A program made the translations under genes and the position numbers. A stretch of DNA of 64,000 nucleotides, taken from the NCBI GenBank assembly GCA_001662655.1, contig KV460228.1. One strand, written 5' to 3'. Shown here piece by piece: positions 24,899-38,555 of this stretch (position 1 is the stretch's first letter; every line of letters starts with the position of its first letter). Origin of the DNA: Pseudogymnoascus verrucosus (Eukaryota). The notes under the pieces are model-generated. The model had not been told where the DNA came from and ran no database searches. It saw nothing but the letters and a program-made list of their open reading frames with translations.

Positions 24899-27800
24899 AT
24901 GTCGGCGGCGGAGACGCTTCGTGCGAGAGAAGTGTACAGGTCAGTGACGAGACAATGCGGCCTGTTACAAGGACCTTACAAACTGTAGGTACTACCAACC
25001 GCGGAATATTCCAGAGTCTTCAGTCGAATCGGAATACTCTGCAGATAATGGCCCTTTGTCTCCAAGTCATGCCCCTCCAAAGGACACAAACTTTGATACG
25101 CAAAAGTCGTTCTCCGACACTGCGCTTACCGCCTTTGCCCAACTGATCGCACTCCGTCTTGACTCCCAAAGAGCCATTGTCTCTCTCATTGATCACGAGA
25201 ATGAGTATTTTCTGGCTGAATCAACGAGCAACTTGAGTCTTGTCGGTGACGATGGTCATGCTCAAAATGCGTCGCTATCTATCAGCGGGGCAAGGGTCCC
25301 GCGCGCGGCATCTCTTTGTGAGCAGACGCTGTGCCTTGTGCCAAACCAAGATACAGCAGCTGAAATGACTCCGGTGTTCCTGGTTCCAGATCTCCTCTTG
25401 GATGAAAATACGAGCCAGCTGGATTGCGTGAAAGGCGCGCCGTATCTGAGGTTCTATTGCGGGGTGGCTTTGACTAACAAGAGGGGCGTTAATATTGGCT
25501 GTGTTTATGTTGTCGACGACAGACCGAGGACCGACTTCAGCCTTGAACAAGCCCAGTTCTTGACTACAATGGCAGCTACGGTGATGGACCATCTCGAGAA
25601 TATTCGGGCGAAGGAAGACATTGTTAGAGTTACCATGATGAGCCAAGCTCTCCATGCTTTCGTTGAAGGCGAGGGCACGATGGACGGTGATTGGCAAAGA
25701 GTCAAGAAGTATAACCTTCCAGCTGGGGCTGGAGTGGGCTTCCTCTGGGAAAGCAATACGAATGACGTCGACGCATCTGTATCGACAGAATCTGCGAACT
25801 CCGCAACCGAGACCCTCATGAGCCAAACTCAATCTCCCCTGCAGCATAGCTCTAATAATCCGGATGCGCGTTTTAACTTCAATAACTCGCCCTGGAGCTC
25901 TTCCTCGTCACAAGTCCCAACGCTAAAGTCGGTATTTGAGGGCGCCGATGATGTCGCAAGAAAGATCACCAGCGGGAAGGACGCTGCATTTTCCAATGAC
26001 GGGTTTTCAAATCAGCTTCGTACAACGTTTTCTCGTGCCTCTAATCTTATCAGAGAAGGCATGGAAGTTGATGGAGCTGTATTCTTTGATGCCCCGTTCA
26101 GATTCTATCAGGGTCGCAGCACCCTTGAGACGGATCCACGCCGATTGGAAGGCAAGGACTCTGAAAGTTCGAGTGATGATGAAGTCAGGCCGGGACCACG
26201 CCCTCGTGTCCAGCGTTTGAAACGCGACGCCAACCACAGCAACGAGGGTGCAACCAAGTTGAAGTCCGACGTTTTAGGATATTCAACGCGAGAAACCTCT
26301 TCGTGGGCTGACCAAACCACAGGATCTGACGCCAGTTTCACTGCCATCGATCAGAGTCTCCTAACCTCTCTTGTGAGGCACTACCCTCTGGGAGAGCTTT
26401 TTGTGTTTGACGAGAATGGGCCGGTTATGCGCCCGGCGGATATCCCCTCGCCAGACGGATCACAAGTCACCATTAAAAACGCATCTTTCGACGCCAAGCT
26501 TGCCCGTCACAATGCTCGTAAACGAAGTGAGATTCTACGATTACTGAAAGCATTCCCAGGAGCCCGACAAATATTTTTCGTGCCCTTATATGATTCAACA
26601 TCTGGATGCTTTGTGGGATCTTTCGCTTGGTCAACCTCAGCGACTCGGATATTTTCTATTGAAAACCACTTGTCTTATCTCATAGCTTTTGGGCACAGCG
26701 TCATGTCAGAAGTCACACGATTGAATACAATGAGTGCAGACCTCGCAAAGGATGACTTCATCAGTAACGTTAGTCACGAGCTGAGAAGCCCGCTCCATGG
26801 AATTCTTGCAAGTGTGGAATTTTTGGCAGATACGGTCTTGGACGGATTTCAACGAAATCTAGTTGATACAGTAGACATCTGCGGCCGGACATTGCTGGAC
26901 ACTATCGAGCATGTTCTAGACTTTTCAAAGATCAAGAAGTTCGGACAGGTAAGTACGCAGCCGATGGGAAGTGTTGCAAACCTCGACGTCTCTGCAATTA
27001 TTGAAGAGGTGCTGGATGGTGTTTTCGCCGGATTCGAATTCAATGGACTATCTTCACAAGGCCTGGCGGATACAACCAAGAGCCGAATGAGAGAATCGTT
27101 GAACAGTCGTGATACAGATACCAAAGCGATGGATGAGCTCCAGTTTGACTTCTCTAATGATGCGCTTACAGTCATTATTGACATAGACTTCAGAGACGAC
27201 TGGCATTTTCCCACCGTCCCAGGAACCTGGCGACGTTTGACAATGAATTTGTTTGGGAATTCGTTAAAGTATACAAGTGATGGCTATATCAAGGTGAAGC
27301 TCGAAGCTCGAAGTATACCGTCTGTGAATCCAAGTGTGAATAGCGACAGTTTCGACAGAACCATGATTACTATGACGGTATCAGACTCTGGGCAGGGGAT
27401 GTCAAGTGAATTTATGAAGACGAAATTGTTCATGCCTTTCACGCAGGTTTGAAAGATCACATCCGATCTATTATGCTAGGTCTTTGTAATTAATGCTAAC
27501 TGAATCCAAGGAGAATGTGACAGCCCCGGGAACCGGCCTTGGCATGAGTATCGTGAAGCAAATCGTCGATTTGTCAGGTGGGGTAATCGAAGTTCACAGT
27601 GACCTCGGCAAGGGCACAGAGATGAAGCTTAGCCTACCCCTGGATGATCGTCTACGACGAGCGAGCGAATCGCCAGAGTTGATGATACCAACACCCGAAG
27701 ATTCCATTAGTGCTGTTCGACGCCGTGCTCGTGGGCGCACGGTTACCATCCGTGGATTTGACAATACGGCAGGGAAGTCGGATCTCCAGATAGAAGCGAT

Positions 27801-29191
27801 CACAAGTTTGAAGGCTTCGATCGTAAAATATGCCGAGGAATGGTTTAACCTGAAGGTTAACTCTGATAATTCGGTTGCTGACATTGTCATCTCGGATGAA
27901 TCCGAGTTCCTCAAGTCGACCAAACTCATAGAAGGTAGTTCGCAGCTATTGCTCATTCTCTGCAGTAACGGGGCTCGACGTGGTATCTACACATCTCAAT
28001 TTGAAGTCGGCCAACTTGTCGAGTTCATCAGCAAACCATGTGGCCCACATCGTCTAGCGAAAGCACTACTGAATATCCTCGACGCAGAGGATGCTCTCAA
28101 AAAGTCGAAAGCCGATCATGCCATCCAGGCGGAACCACAGGTTGGACTAGTCTTGCCTGTAGTCTCACCACAAAATACCAGGGTAAGTGCAGGTACTAGT
28201 AACTTGAGGCTATTGGGAGATTTGAAGTCACCTATCAGTTTCGCGCCAAATGCCATTTGTCTGGATATACAGCTGACGACGGGTTTTAAGGCTAGAGAAA
28301 CGGCTGAACCAAGACCAGCATTCATTCATAGGATGTCAAGTAATGTGGCTGTGAGATTGAACTCGAGCGATGTGCCGAGCGAAAATGCACTGAGCGAGCT
28401 ATTGAAAGGAACACTGATCTCAGAGTCTGCGGGTGTGAGTAATAAATTTTGTCCGCATATGCTACAGGGGTGGCTCTATCTCTTCGGAACAAGATTTAAT
28501 ACTGGATAGGTTACGGAGTCACCACCCGTCCCACTAGAGCCACCAAAGATGTTGTTGGTCGAGGTCAGTTTGAATGGGCACCAGGCAGACAACTAAGCTA
28601 CTGATTATATTGTAGGACAACCCAGTCAACATGATGCTACTTGCAACCTACATGAAAAGGAACGGCTGGGACTACGAAGAGGCAACGAACGGTTTGATAG
28701 CTCTACAAGCATTTCAAAACCGACCTCAGGGCTTCGATGTCATTTTCATGGGTAAGCTTTGCCACCTCCTGGTGATCACCAACTTTAGTCACCGGAACCT
28801 AATCACCTTCCGAATAGACGTATCCATGCCCATAATGACAGGCTACGAATCCACCCGCAAAATCCGCGCGGTCGAGGCCGAACGTCGCGCCGCTTACGGG
28901 GTCCAACTCCAATCCCTTTCATCGCCACCCACTCCGACCTCACCGCCTGCATTCCCATTCCCCACACCAGGACGCGTCACGGACCAACTACTCCCTGTCG
29001 AGACGCCGTTGCTGCAGCCGATCATCAGGCCGGCACTGGTCATAGCGCTGACGGGCTTCAGCAGTCAGAATGATCAGGAAATGGCGTTTGATTCTGGGAT
29101 GGATATTTTTATGACAAAGCCGGTGAGGTTTAGGGATGTAGGCAGTATTCTAGAGGGCTGGATGAAGAGTCGGGAGGAGAGGAGTTCATAG
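24899..29191 (+). CDS. Hybrid sensor histidine kinase (GAF-HisKA-HATPase-REC)
   Basis: Exon 1 MSAAETLRAREVYR; GAF region (PYLRFYCGVAL); H-box SHELRSPLHG; N-box NLFGNSLKYT; DSGQGM and GTGLG; receiver LLVE|DN, DVIFM|DVSMP and TKPV. The introns checked keep the frame. Confidence 0.93.
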
Positions 29192-29671
29192 GGGTGGATG
29201 GATACTTAGGGGACATATTTAGAGATCAGGATGCCTTACGACAAACGAGGTTTTTTTTTGCAAAATCTAAAGGTAAGGAAACAGGATTGCTTGGGACACG
29301 CTGTCACATATAATAGACACATACACATATATTTCTGCTCGCGATACACCTACTATTCTTGCCGCAATGGGCCATAAAAGCCTTGTTTGTTGCCAATGGT
29401 CTCTGACATCGTATGGTCACGTGATATGGTTCTTCGTAGTTCCAGGCAACACCCTCATCGACACATGTTATTTGAATCGATTCCCAGCTAACCGACCTGA
29501 CCGCCTCGGCCTATATTAGACTACTATAAATCAGGGACACGAGAATAACGACGGAGTATTCGCAATTGGATGTTACTCCGGTTGTGCTAAGCCACAGATG
29601 GGAATTGTGACGTAATAAGAGCGCTGAAACCAAGTATGAGCTGTATGAGCCACATCTCGAAGCGCCGCAAT

Positions 29672-29726
29672 GAGGGCCACAGGCAGGGCCACAGGGAGGG
29701 CCACAGGGAGGGGCAAGTGGAGGGGC
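29672..29726. repeat. 12-bp tandem repeat (agggccacagg(c/g)) x3-4
   Basis: agggccacaggc agggccacaggg agggccacaggg aggggcaagtgg seen directly. Confidence 0.75.
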
Positions 29727-30393
29727 AACCAAAGATGCAACAATTCCCAGAACAGAAGCCACTTTCCCATTTCAACCAAGGCACAAGATAGTGATGTCTA
29801 CGGTGTTCGGTGGTGGTCTGTGATACGTGGATTCCCCGCTTTTTAGGTGGTCAAACAAGGTTTACGAGGCGCTACTGTGGCTGTTGGCTGTGGCTCACTT
29901 CTAGTCTAGCTCCCCACATTTTTCGCCTCCTGTGGCGGCTGTGGCTGATATTAGTGGCTACCTTCTTTAGTGGTTGTTCGGTTGGTTGTGTATCCGGCGT
30001 TTGGTTGGTGTCAGTGACGTCAATACCACTCCCTAGCTACACCCTGGTCAAGGGCCCAGAACCCCTCGCCGGATGGGATTGCGACAAATTGCATGGAATT
30101 GCCTTAAATCCCATTCTCTCGTGACTTGCATTTGCCGAATGGGGATAAGTCTGGGAATCCTGGACGACCAGAGTATCACAATTGACCTATCTACATGACG
30201 TACATACCCAAAAGCAGGTTGAGGGAACTCAACCCCTCTCTTCCTCCCCCTTCTCCTGACGGAAGCGAGGGCCAGTTCGGTCGACTACATATAGCCTTCT
30301 GATTCCCTCTCTCATCCTCTTCTTTTTCTTCATCAAACATCATCTTCACACACTCAAACCAACGAACCAACAAACAAACCAAACTCATTCAAA

Positions 30394-30667
30394 ATGGAGA
30401 CCATCAAGAACGCCGCAAACTACGTCAGCGAGACCGTCCAGGGCAAGGGCGCCGAGGCTTCCAAGGAGGCCAACAAGGTAAGCATCACTCTACTACAATA
30501 GTAAGGATAGAACAGAAAACTAACTCTATTCCCAGTCTGTCGCCAAGGACAGCGACGCATCCCTCTCCAGCCGCGCCACCGCCGCTAAGGATGCTATCGG
30601 AGACAAGTTCAACGAGACCAGCCACAACACCCAGGCTGATGTCCACAAGGAGGCCGCTAAGCACTGA
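30394..30667 (+). CDS. grg1: Glucose-repressible protein Grg1 (Neurospora ccg-1/grg-1 family), 2 exons
   Basis: METIKNAANYVSETVQGKGAEASKEANK|SVAKDSDASLSSRATAAKDAIGDKFNETSHNTQADVHKEAAKH*; missing from the ORF track. Confidence 0.92.
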
Positions 30668-30939
30668 ACAACTCGAGAGTTCAACTGATCTCCAGTCACG
30701 AAATCATGACTAGGGTCGATGGGCGGGTGGCATTCCCGGAATAGGAGGACTTAATGGCGCCTGTATGATTAGCTAGGATTGGAAATCTAAGCCCATTCAT
30801 GCCACCTTAATTATTATACTTCTGAACAATGCTTGTGATTGAACTGTAACAAAAAGAAACTGGGTTTCGTAACAAAACGTAATTTGATTGAAAACATTAT
30901 TGCTCCCACACGACTCGCTAATACTTTCATGTTAAATAA

Positions 30940-32822
30940 TCAAATCTTGTCCTCTTCTGAGCTCTTCCCCGCCACCACGTCAACGTGATCAAACTCCCCA
31001 GACCTTTTCTCGGTCTCCATGGGGATTTCGGATTCGGCATCTCTTTCCGCCTTCTTGGTTTCTCTTCTGTGAAGGAACATTCCAAGCATAAAGACTGCCC
31101 AAAAGAGACAGAGTAAGACGGTATTCACAGTGTAGCCCTTTCTCCATTTGGGTGCTAGAGAACGTTAGTATCTCTTCGTGGCGGGAAAGTATGATTCAAT
31201 CTTACCTTCAACCACTGGGAACACTGTGATTGGGTAGAATGAGAAGAAAGCCCATCCGACAGTCATCTGGAAAATAATATTAGTCACATACTCTCATATG
31301 CATCCAACAACAAAACTCACCATTGCTCCCGTCGTAAAGGCTCTTGCCTCTGCATCATCTTTCATAATGATGTTCACCCAAGGGAACAAAATCGGCGTAA
31401 CCGCAGAAGTTAATCCAAGTAGTAGATTAGCCGTGTCTAAAATCAAATAAGTTAGCAATTGTCATATAACTTGACAGGCATGAATATCTTACAATGTAGG
31501 CCAACCGGGACATCCCAGGCCAGAAGGACGAGGTTGCAAAACAACAGAATAGCGCAAACAACCGACGATATAATCCACAGAGGATAGATCATACACAACG
31601 AAGTTGCGAGGATAGCTGAGATAATGGCAAGACCTTGGACCGCAGTAGGAATGGTGTTGATCTGGGCGACTGTGTATGTTCCGTGCTTCTTGGCCTCGTC
31701 TTTAAGCCACAGACCCATTTGCCCTGTCGGATAAGACGAGCATTGAAAGCTGAAATGTCAGTACGATATCGAGACACTTGGGACAGGGTTTCTCACCAGA
31801 CATAACAGAGAACAGCAACGTATAGATGCCATCTCGTAAAGACCCTCTTCAACATAGCCTTCCCAATCTTCTTGCTAGGCTTGACACCGTCGTCAATCAT
31901 ACGCTTCCTTGCCAGCTCATGCTCAGCCTCGTTCATATACCAGATCCTTGGGCTCGACGGCAATCCGGGGAAGATCATATATCCAGCCAAAGCAATCGGC
32001 AAACTAATGCAGCCATCGATGATAAACAGCCACCTCCATCCCGATCGCCCCATGACACCGTTAAGGTTGTTGTAAGCCGCCGCCTGAAGATAACCTCCAA
32101 ACATGGCACCAGCGTTACTCGACACGTACCAAACGCCGGCTCTCTTAAACAGTTCGTCAGCGCGATACCAGGATGAGAGGATATAAAGCGATCCGGTGGA
32201 GGCGGGCGTCTCGAGAACACCGAGGAGGAACCGGAGACCGTAGATGTCGTACTCGTTGCGTAGGCGGCATTGGATGAAGGTCAGGGCCGACCAGGCAACT
32301 TCCATGCTGGGAACGTACCACCGCGCGAGGTGGGGGCGGGAGAGCAACATCATTGAGGGGATCTCGAAGAGCAAATATCCAACGTTGTAGAAGGTTCCAA
32401 ATAAGGAATACCTGGGTCGGGTTAGACATGCTTTGGTATCAGGTTGCTATAATAAAAACTTACTGGTTGCCATTCAGCTTCAGCTCTTCCTTCATTCCTG
32501 ATACGTATGCATTGTTTAGATTGGACTGATCTAGCCATTTAATGAAGACTATCCAGTGTTAGTAAGATATTTGCTTCCATGATCAGCTCGTGAGCCTCGC
32601 GCACTTACACATCAAGCAGCAAAACGGCATCAGCGTGTAATCGAGCTTCCTAAGAAGCTTGCGCTCTTCGACAGAGTAATGGCTAGGATACCAATCGAAC
32701 ATGTACATCCAAGCTTTCCAGATGGACCGCTTGGGAGGCACTCCTCTCTCCATGATTGACACCTCGTCGTCGGACTTAGCCACTGGCGTCGTGCCAGTCT
32801 CGGCCTGCTTAACTTCAGCCAT
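30940..32822 (-). CDS. MFS transporter, anion:cation symporter family (allantoate/pantothenate permease-like)
   Basis: [53 protein letters not shown] and [13 protein letters not shown] motifs; multi-exon. Confidence 0.92.
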
Positions 32823-33436
32823 AATTGAAAAGAGGGTCTGTTAAGGTTAAGAGACCGGTGAGGTGGCAGGTGGGTGTTGATCGTCCAGAGTCGGTCGGCA
32901 GCCGCGACTATTAAGTAGAGGTTGAAGTTAGAGAGGCAGTCCGTGTCGATTCTTGGCGGTAAAGCCACAGCGATGCGAACAGGACAAATGGATAGTGATG
33001 GGCGCCATTTTGTCCGCATCCGACAAGCAATTGAATGGCAAGCTTGTGTTTCCTGGGGTTCTGATGTTGGATCCCGTCGGGCAACGGAGTGTTGACAGCG
33101 GAGTTTGCGGGGTATTGGTAGCCCGACCCCCTTTAACGAGGTCCCATGTGGTGGTGGATACTAGCGCCGGCAGCGAATTGTCCCACCCGGGTGAATTTCT
33201 CCGTTATCACTTTGCCATCAGTGAACTTTGCCGCTCTGAACTTTGAGGCGTATTATGGATCACGATGTGGATTTGGGAATAAGAAGAGTTCCAAGACGGG
33301 TTACTTAAATCATGACATAGGTATCGGTCTGCTTTCTCCCGTGTCCAGCCTGGCTCGACTCTGCATAGCTTGCGATAGAATAAACTTCTTCTCTAACGTA
33401 CTCTCGCTCATTTTAGGCATCACGGCTATTACAACG

Positions 33437-35003
33437 ATGACTGAATTACAGATTCACCGCAATTATGGCCCTCTTGCCGCTGGGAATAAACTCTCACAAT
33501 TCCATGAAGTCCCGTCAACACACAGCACGGCCAGCACAGTCTCCATCTCACAGGTCCCAAAAGCCGAGGACGTAGCTTCCATTCTTTTGAATACTAGCCA
33601 ACCCAAGGACGGGGAACTACAGCAACTTTTCGCAGAAAACATAGCAGCAAAACTATGGCGTGTTGCACAACGAGACCTGAAGGATAACGTGATTTGGCCC
33701 ATATATTTCCGATTTCACCAGTTCAAATGACTTACACTACATCTAGGATCCTCCAACTGCTTACCCTGAGATTGTCCCTCAAGAGGGCTCGCAGCAGGGC
33801 CGCTATGAGCTCCGTGAAGCAAGTTTCTGGACCTGTGGATTTTTCCCTGGCTCGCTATATACACTATTGGAGCGAGAAACTCGGTATCCAGGCTCGCAGG
33901 GATATCCGCTGCCCCGGAAGACTCTCCTCGCTCTATGCCGAGCATGGGCGGAGCCTCTCCATGCAATGGCCACAAGGACCGACACACACGACATTGGGTT
34001 TATTGTCGAGCCTGCCCTGCGGCTTGACTGGGAGCTTACGGGTAATCGACGCAGTCTGCAGTCTATCGTTACTGCTGCGTACAGTCTGGCCACACGATAT
34101 GTGGCGCCATCAGGGGCTATTCGCAGCTGGGACTTGATCCGCAAGAAGGACGTGAGCATTATCTCCATGGAAGAGAACAATATCGTCATCATAGATAGTC
34201 TATGCAACTTAGACCTGCTATTCTACGCTTCAGCATATACTAAAGACACCACTCTGGCGACAATCGCCCGCACGCATGCCCATACCATGCTAACATCCCA
34301 CCTCCGCCTTGAATCTGGCATCGCAGCATCAATAACAGGATACTCTGGGCCTATTTACTCGACCTGCCACGTCGCCAATATCGATCCGAAAACTGGTGCT
34401 ATAAAGCAACGCCTCACGGCCCAAGGCTATGCCACGGATTCAACCTGGGCGCGAGGTCAGGCATGGGCTATTTTGGGTTATGCACAGACGTATATGTGGA
34501 CCAAAGAGCGCATATTTCTCGATGCTGCGTGTGGATTGACCGAGTACTTTTTGCGGCGTCTAGGTCCCGGATACAATGTCCCCCCCTGGGACTTTGATGC
34601 GCCAGTTGAGAATCCAGAGAAGCCCGTCTTTGACTCCTCAGCAAGTTCTATTGCAGCCAATGGCATGATGATCTTGTCCGAAGCTCTCGTGGCGGATGGG
34701 CAGCTTGCCATTGCAGAAAATTTCCGTATTGCAGCGATTGATGTGGTAAAGGGGCTCCTCCGGGGCGCACTTGCTGAGGAAAAGGCGAGGTTCGTTGTTG
34801 ACGGTTCACAAAAAGGGTCAGAGAACGACACGCTAGAGATAGAAGACGTCCTGGCTGGAAGCACTTTCGATGGCATACTTAAGAACGGAACAGCGAACAA
34901 TAACGTGGGCGCAAATCGCAGGTACGCAAACCATGGTTTGGTTTATGGGGATTATTATCTGCTTCAGTTTGGCAATCGACTTCTTCGGATGGGGTTGATA
35001 TGA
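33437..35003 (+). CDS. GH88 unsaturated glucuronyl hydrolase, no signal peptide
   Basis: Intron 33689-33746 joins in frame; FWTCGFFPG, THDIGF, IIDSLCNLDLL, TAQGY..STWARGQAW, WDFDAP, DSSA and LVYGDYY motifs. Confidence 0.92.
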
Positions 35004-35156
35004 TATACACATGGGATATAGAGCGCATTGGCATTTTCATTCATTGTAAATTTGCTAGAATAGCGGGGCTGCAAACACATTGGTTGGGATTGCCCTGAAG
35101 TTGAACATTTACTTAGAACTATAGATACACTGAATCATCATCAACAATTGACCACC

Positions 35157-38064
35157 TTATTCCCATCCATCCATATTTGCCGCGAACATTCCCTCATCGT
35201 AACTAATGACCCGATCTCTATCCAGAAATTGTTGGTTGAGGAACATTTGCGAGATATATGTGAACTCATCCGGGACTATATCGTTTCCCTGCATCACCGA
35301 GACATTCGGTCGCTGCATTAAGGGGTATTGCTGTTGACTGACAGGAAGTTGAACTGGTGTTGGATCGATGCTTATTGGTGTTCGCAGCTCGCCGGTCGGT
35401 GGGAATGTCCCCTCGCGCCCTGCCGTCCTACTTGAGCCGTTGGCTTGATATCCGCTGGCAGCTTGGTCCTCGCTCTTAGCTACGTCTTGGACCTCTGGAT
35501 TTTGGACGTGGTTAGGTTCATTCATTGACCGTCGTTGGCTGTTTTCTTCCGTCCTTTCAATGATATCTTCCTCGTCACTGGAGTCTTCTTGGTCTATGTT
35601 AACCACTTGGGGACTATTGATACTGTCGACTCCCAGTTCATTGGCGTAGGCAAGAACACCAATTCGAAAGCCCACGTCGTTTACGCATTTCTCATGCATG
35701 CGGCGAAGCAAGCCTGCATATTTAGCAGCTAGGTTCGCGTGGCCTGTAGTGTTTAGTCTCGGGGAACCTTCCCATCGATTAGAGAGAGCATCGAGGCTTT
35801 CGATAAGCTTGAAAAATTCGGGGAGGGGATGTTTATCCTCATAATATCTCCAGTGAACTATATGAATTAGAAAACAATACATTCGAATAATGTGATAAGA
35901 GGCGCATCTTACCCAGTAACACTCTCGCTGCGAGAAATACACAGAAGGTGAATTGGCTGTTGACTATTTTGCTAGTCGTTGGACTCCAAAGATATTTTTC
36001 TGTTATACTCGACGTCTCTAGAGCTGCAGTTTGACACGTATCCGCGCTGCAACGGCTTGGAAGCCGGGTTGCCCAGTCCCAGTTCTCCGGGGGATACGCA
36101 ATCAACTGATGCAATAGTATCATAGAAGCGTTGTGTGTGATGTGTGCGAGCGTTAAGTTGGGATCCATTATAATCTCGGTTGGTCGTCGTGAGATGTTGG
36201 TATCCTTCCATTTTCCTGGCAAAAACATCTTCCAGCTAGGGAGGTTGTGTTAGAATGAGTTGGCAGGCGGAGGGGAGAGAGAAACTATCTTACTGTACAA
36301 GTCGCAAATCCAGCTCTTTGAACCTCATCAACCAGCTACCAATCTGTTTTTGGTCCGAAAGGTTTACTTTTTGTTGAAGGAAATAGGTCGTAACGCGACT
36401 CATAGACTCAGTGGCTTCAATGCAATAGGCGAACGCTCCGACGGATGACATCGCCTCGGTATTATTGTTCTGACCAAAATTCGACATCGATCCCGGGCTC
36501 TGGTGCTCCTCTTCGGGGCTCTGCGCAAGAGTGGGGTATTGTGTTGTTAAGTACGCGATGGAGTTTCCTATCCTTCCAGCCGACTTATCCCATATACCAA
36601 AGTAAGGGGCTGTTACCGCTTCTCTCTTCCGCCATAGGACACCGTCTACTGGAAGCCTTCGATGAACATCGTCGGATGTGAGGCTGGTGTTCCACCTAAA
36701 AATCGGTAAGTAAAGGGGCAAGTATTGAATGCTATCGTGAGAGCGTACCCTGTCATGACTGAACATAGCCTAAACTAGTCAATATACCAACCAGCAACGA
36801 GTGTATTGCCTCACTTACCGATCCATATTGAAAATATTCCAGAACACTCTTCGCCTTGTCTCCGTCTCGGTCCAGTCTTTACATGATGGAACAATAGGAC
36901 ATGGCTTGAGTAATGGTTGCTCGTCAGTATCATCAACCTCGACACTCAGTTGGAGATATTCCACGGTGCGGGTAAGAGAGCCCACGATCGACCATGCGCT
37001 GTTCGCCTCGCCTCTTCCGATCTATTCTCATTAGATATAATCAATACATATTCAGGGTGCTACAAGCATACATAGTCAAAGGCAATAATGAGCAGAGCCT
37101 GAAGGTTCTCGACCGATAACGAGCCAAATGCATGGAGCAGTACCCAGTCTCGGGAGCGCTTTGTCAACTTCAATGTGCGCCTAATGCTTGCCGGTGTATC
37201 CGGACGTATGACCAACCTCACCGCTGCAACTACCATAGCATGCAAGATTGCCTCGATATTTTCATCATATACTTGTTCCGCGAGTTGCTGTCGGAAACTG
37301 TTCTCGTGCAGCATGGGAAGCCACGGATGGACCTGGGAGAAGTAGTTGTCCAAGACGCCATCCAGCAAGTATGCAGAAGATTGCTTGTCCAGGGAATCTG
37401 AACACAATACTAGTTCTCCCCAATTGAAATTTCCTTCTGATATCAAGCGCCTCCGTTTTGCTTGATGGCGAGGTGAGAACTCAGCTGACCGCTTAAGGCC
37501 TTCTACCAATTGGCCCTCTGGTTGAGTTGGGCCTTGAGATGAGGCAGTGGTTCGACGATTATTCATAATTTTAAACTCTCTCATTTCCCTTTCGAATAAT
37601 TGCAAGAGCTCGGAAGCTTCTCGCGGCCTGTGGTCGTCGCCATTACGCCACGCAGGGCTTGGCGCATACCCAGAGCTCTGAGCTGACTCAGTTTGTTGCT
37701 GCAACTGCTGCAACAGTTGCTCAACCCTGTCTAACAAAGAATCAGTAATAATTGCAAAGTATCGCCCATAAAAATAAGTGGCAATACAAACAAAATGGCA
37801 TTGCAGTACTAACCCACTCTCCTATTCAAGTTTTCCACCGCCCCGGGCTTCAAGCCGGGTTTCTCGCGTGCTTCGTAAACACATCCAGCCCCTAATCACG
37901 CAGACGATTAGCATCAGGAAAGCCTATTGGACTGAGCTGTGTTTACCCAGCCTTCTGCACTCCTTGCAAGCCGGTAGCTCCTTTGAACAGCCAAGCTTAC
38001 GTCGCCGACATTCCCGACATGCGGGTCTGGTGGAAGCGGGAAGTGGAGTTTGCGATGAATCCAT
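35157..38064 (-). CDS. Zn(II)2Cys6 transcription factor with fungal TF middle domain
   Basis: [25 protein letters not shown], then C and RAKPGLK after an intron; [13 protein letters not shown] and [12 protein letters not shown] motifs. Confidence 0.92.
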
Positions 38065-38189
38065 TCTCCGGCCCAAAAATAATAATCGCCAGGTAAAGGA
38101 GCTGTCTGACACTTTCCGGTTGACGGGTTTACCTTTATACAATGCCCGCTGCCCTTTGCCCGTTCTCCGCCACAGTAATCCCGAATACC

Positions 38190-38256
38190 GAACCCCGCAA
38201 AATTAAGCCCCACAAATCATATTGACCCCCGCAAACTATCCCTGCTCTTCCCCGCA
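38190..38256. promoter_or_regulatory. Cluster of CreA/Mig1-type SYGGRG sites in the divergent TF / DUF2264 promoter
   Basis: CCCCGC at 38193, 38227 and 38250, and CCCCAC at 38208. Confidence 0.5.
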
Positions 38257-38555
38257 CCAGCCTAACTGCCGCAAGTCAACCACTCATCCGAGACCTTCTA
38301 GTCCCCGAAAGCACCTGCTAGCATCGGCGCGCGTATCTTTTCTGTTGAAGGTAATATTTATGTTTTTATGTATTGCGAGATTATTATGCGTCGATAGCTA
38401 ACCCGAGGAACCAGAGTAGTACGAAGTGGCGTGACTGGAGTGAACATAGGAAAGCTTCAATATTGCTTCCGACCTTGATGAATGCCTAAAAGATCTTCTA
38501 ACTTGCCATTTCTGTCTTGTTCTCGCAGTGTTACTGCTCTCCCATCAATCCCAAT

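Noticed and set aside
28435..28509. Apparent premature stop in the histidine kinase
   Set aside because: The TAG is the acceptor of a GTGAGT...TAG intron; splicing restores the receiver domain.
29511..29784. Cys/Pro-rich short ORFs (PCGP repeats)
   Set aside because: Explained by the 12-bp tandem repeat; no independent coding evidence.
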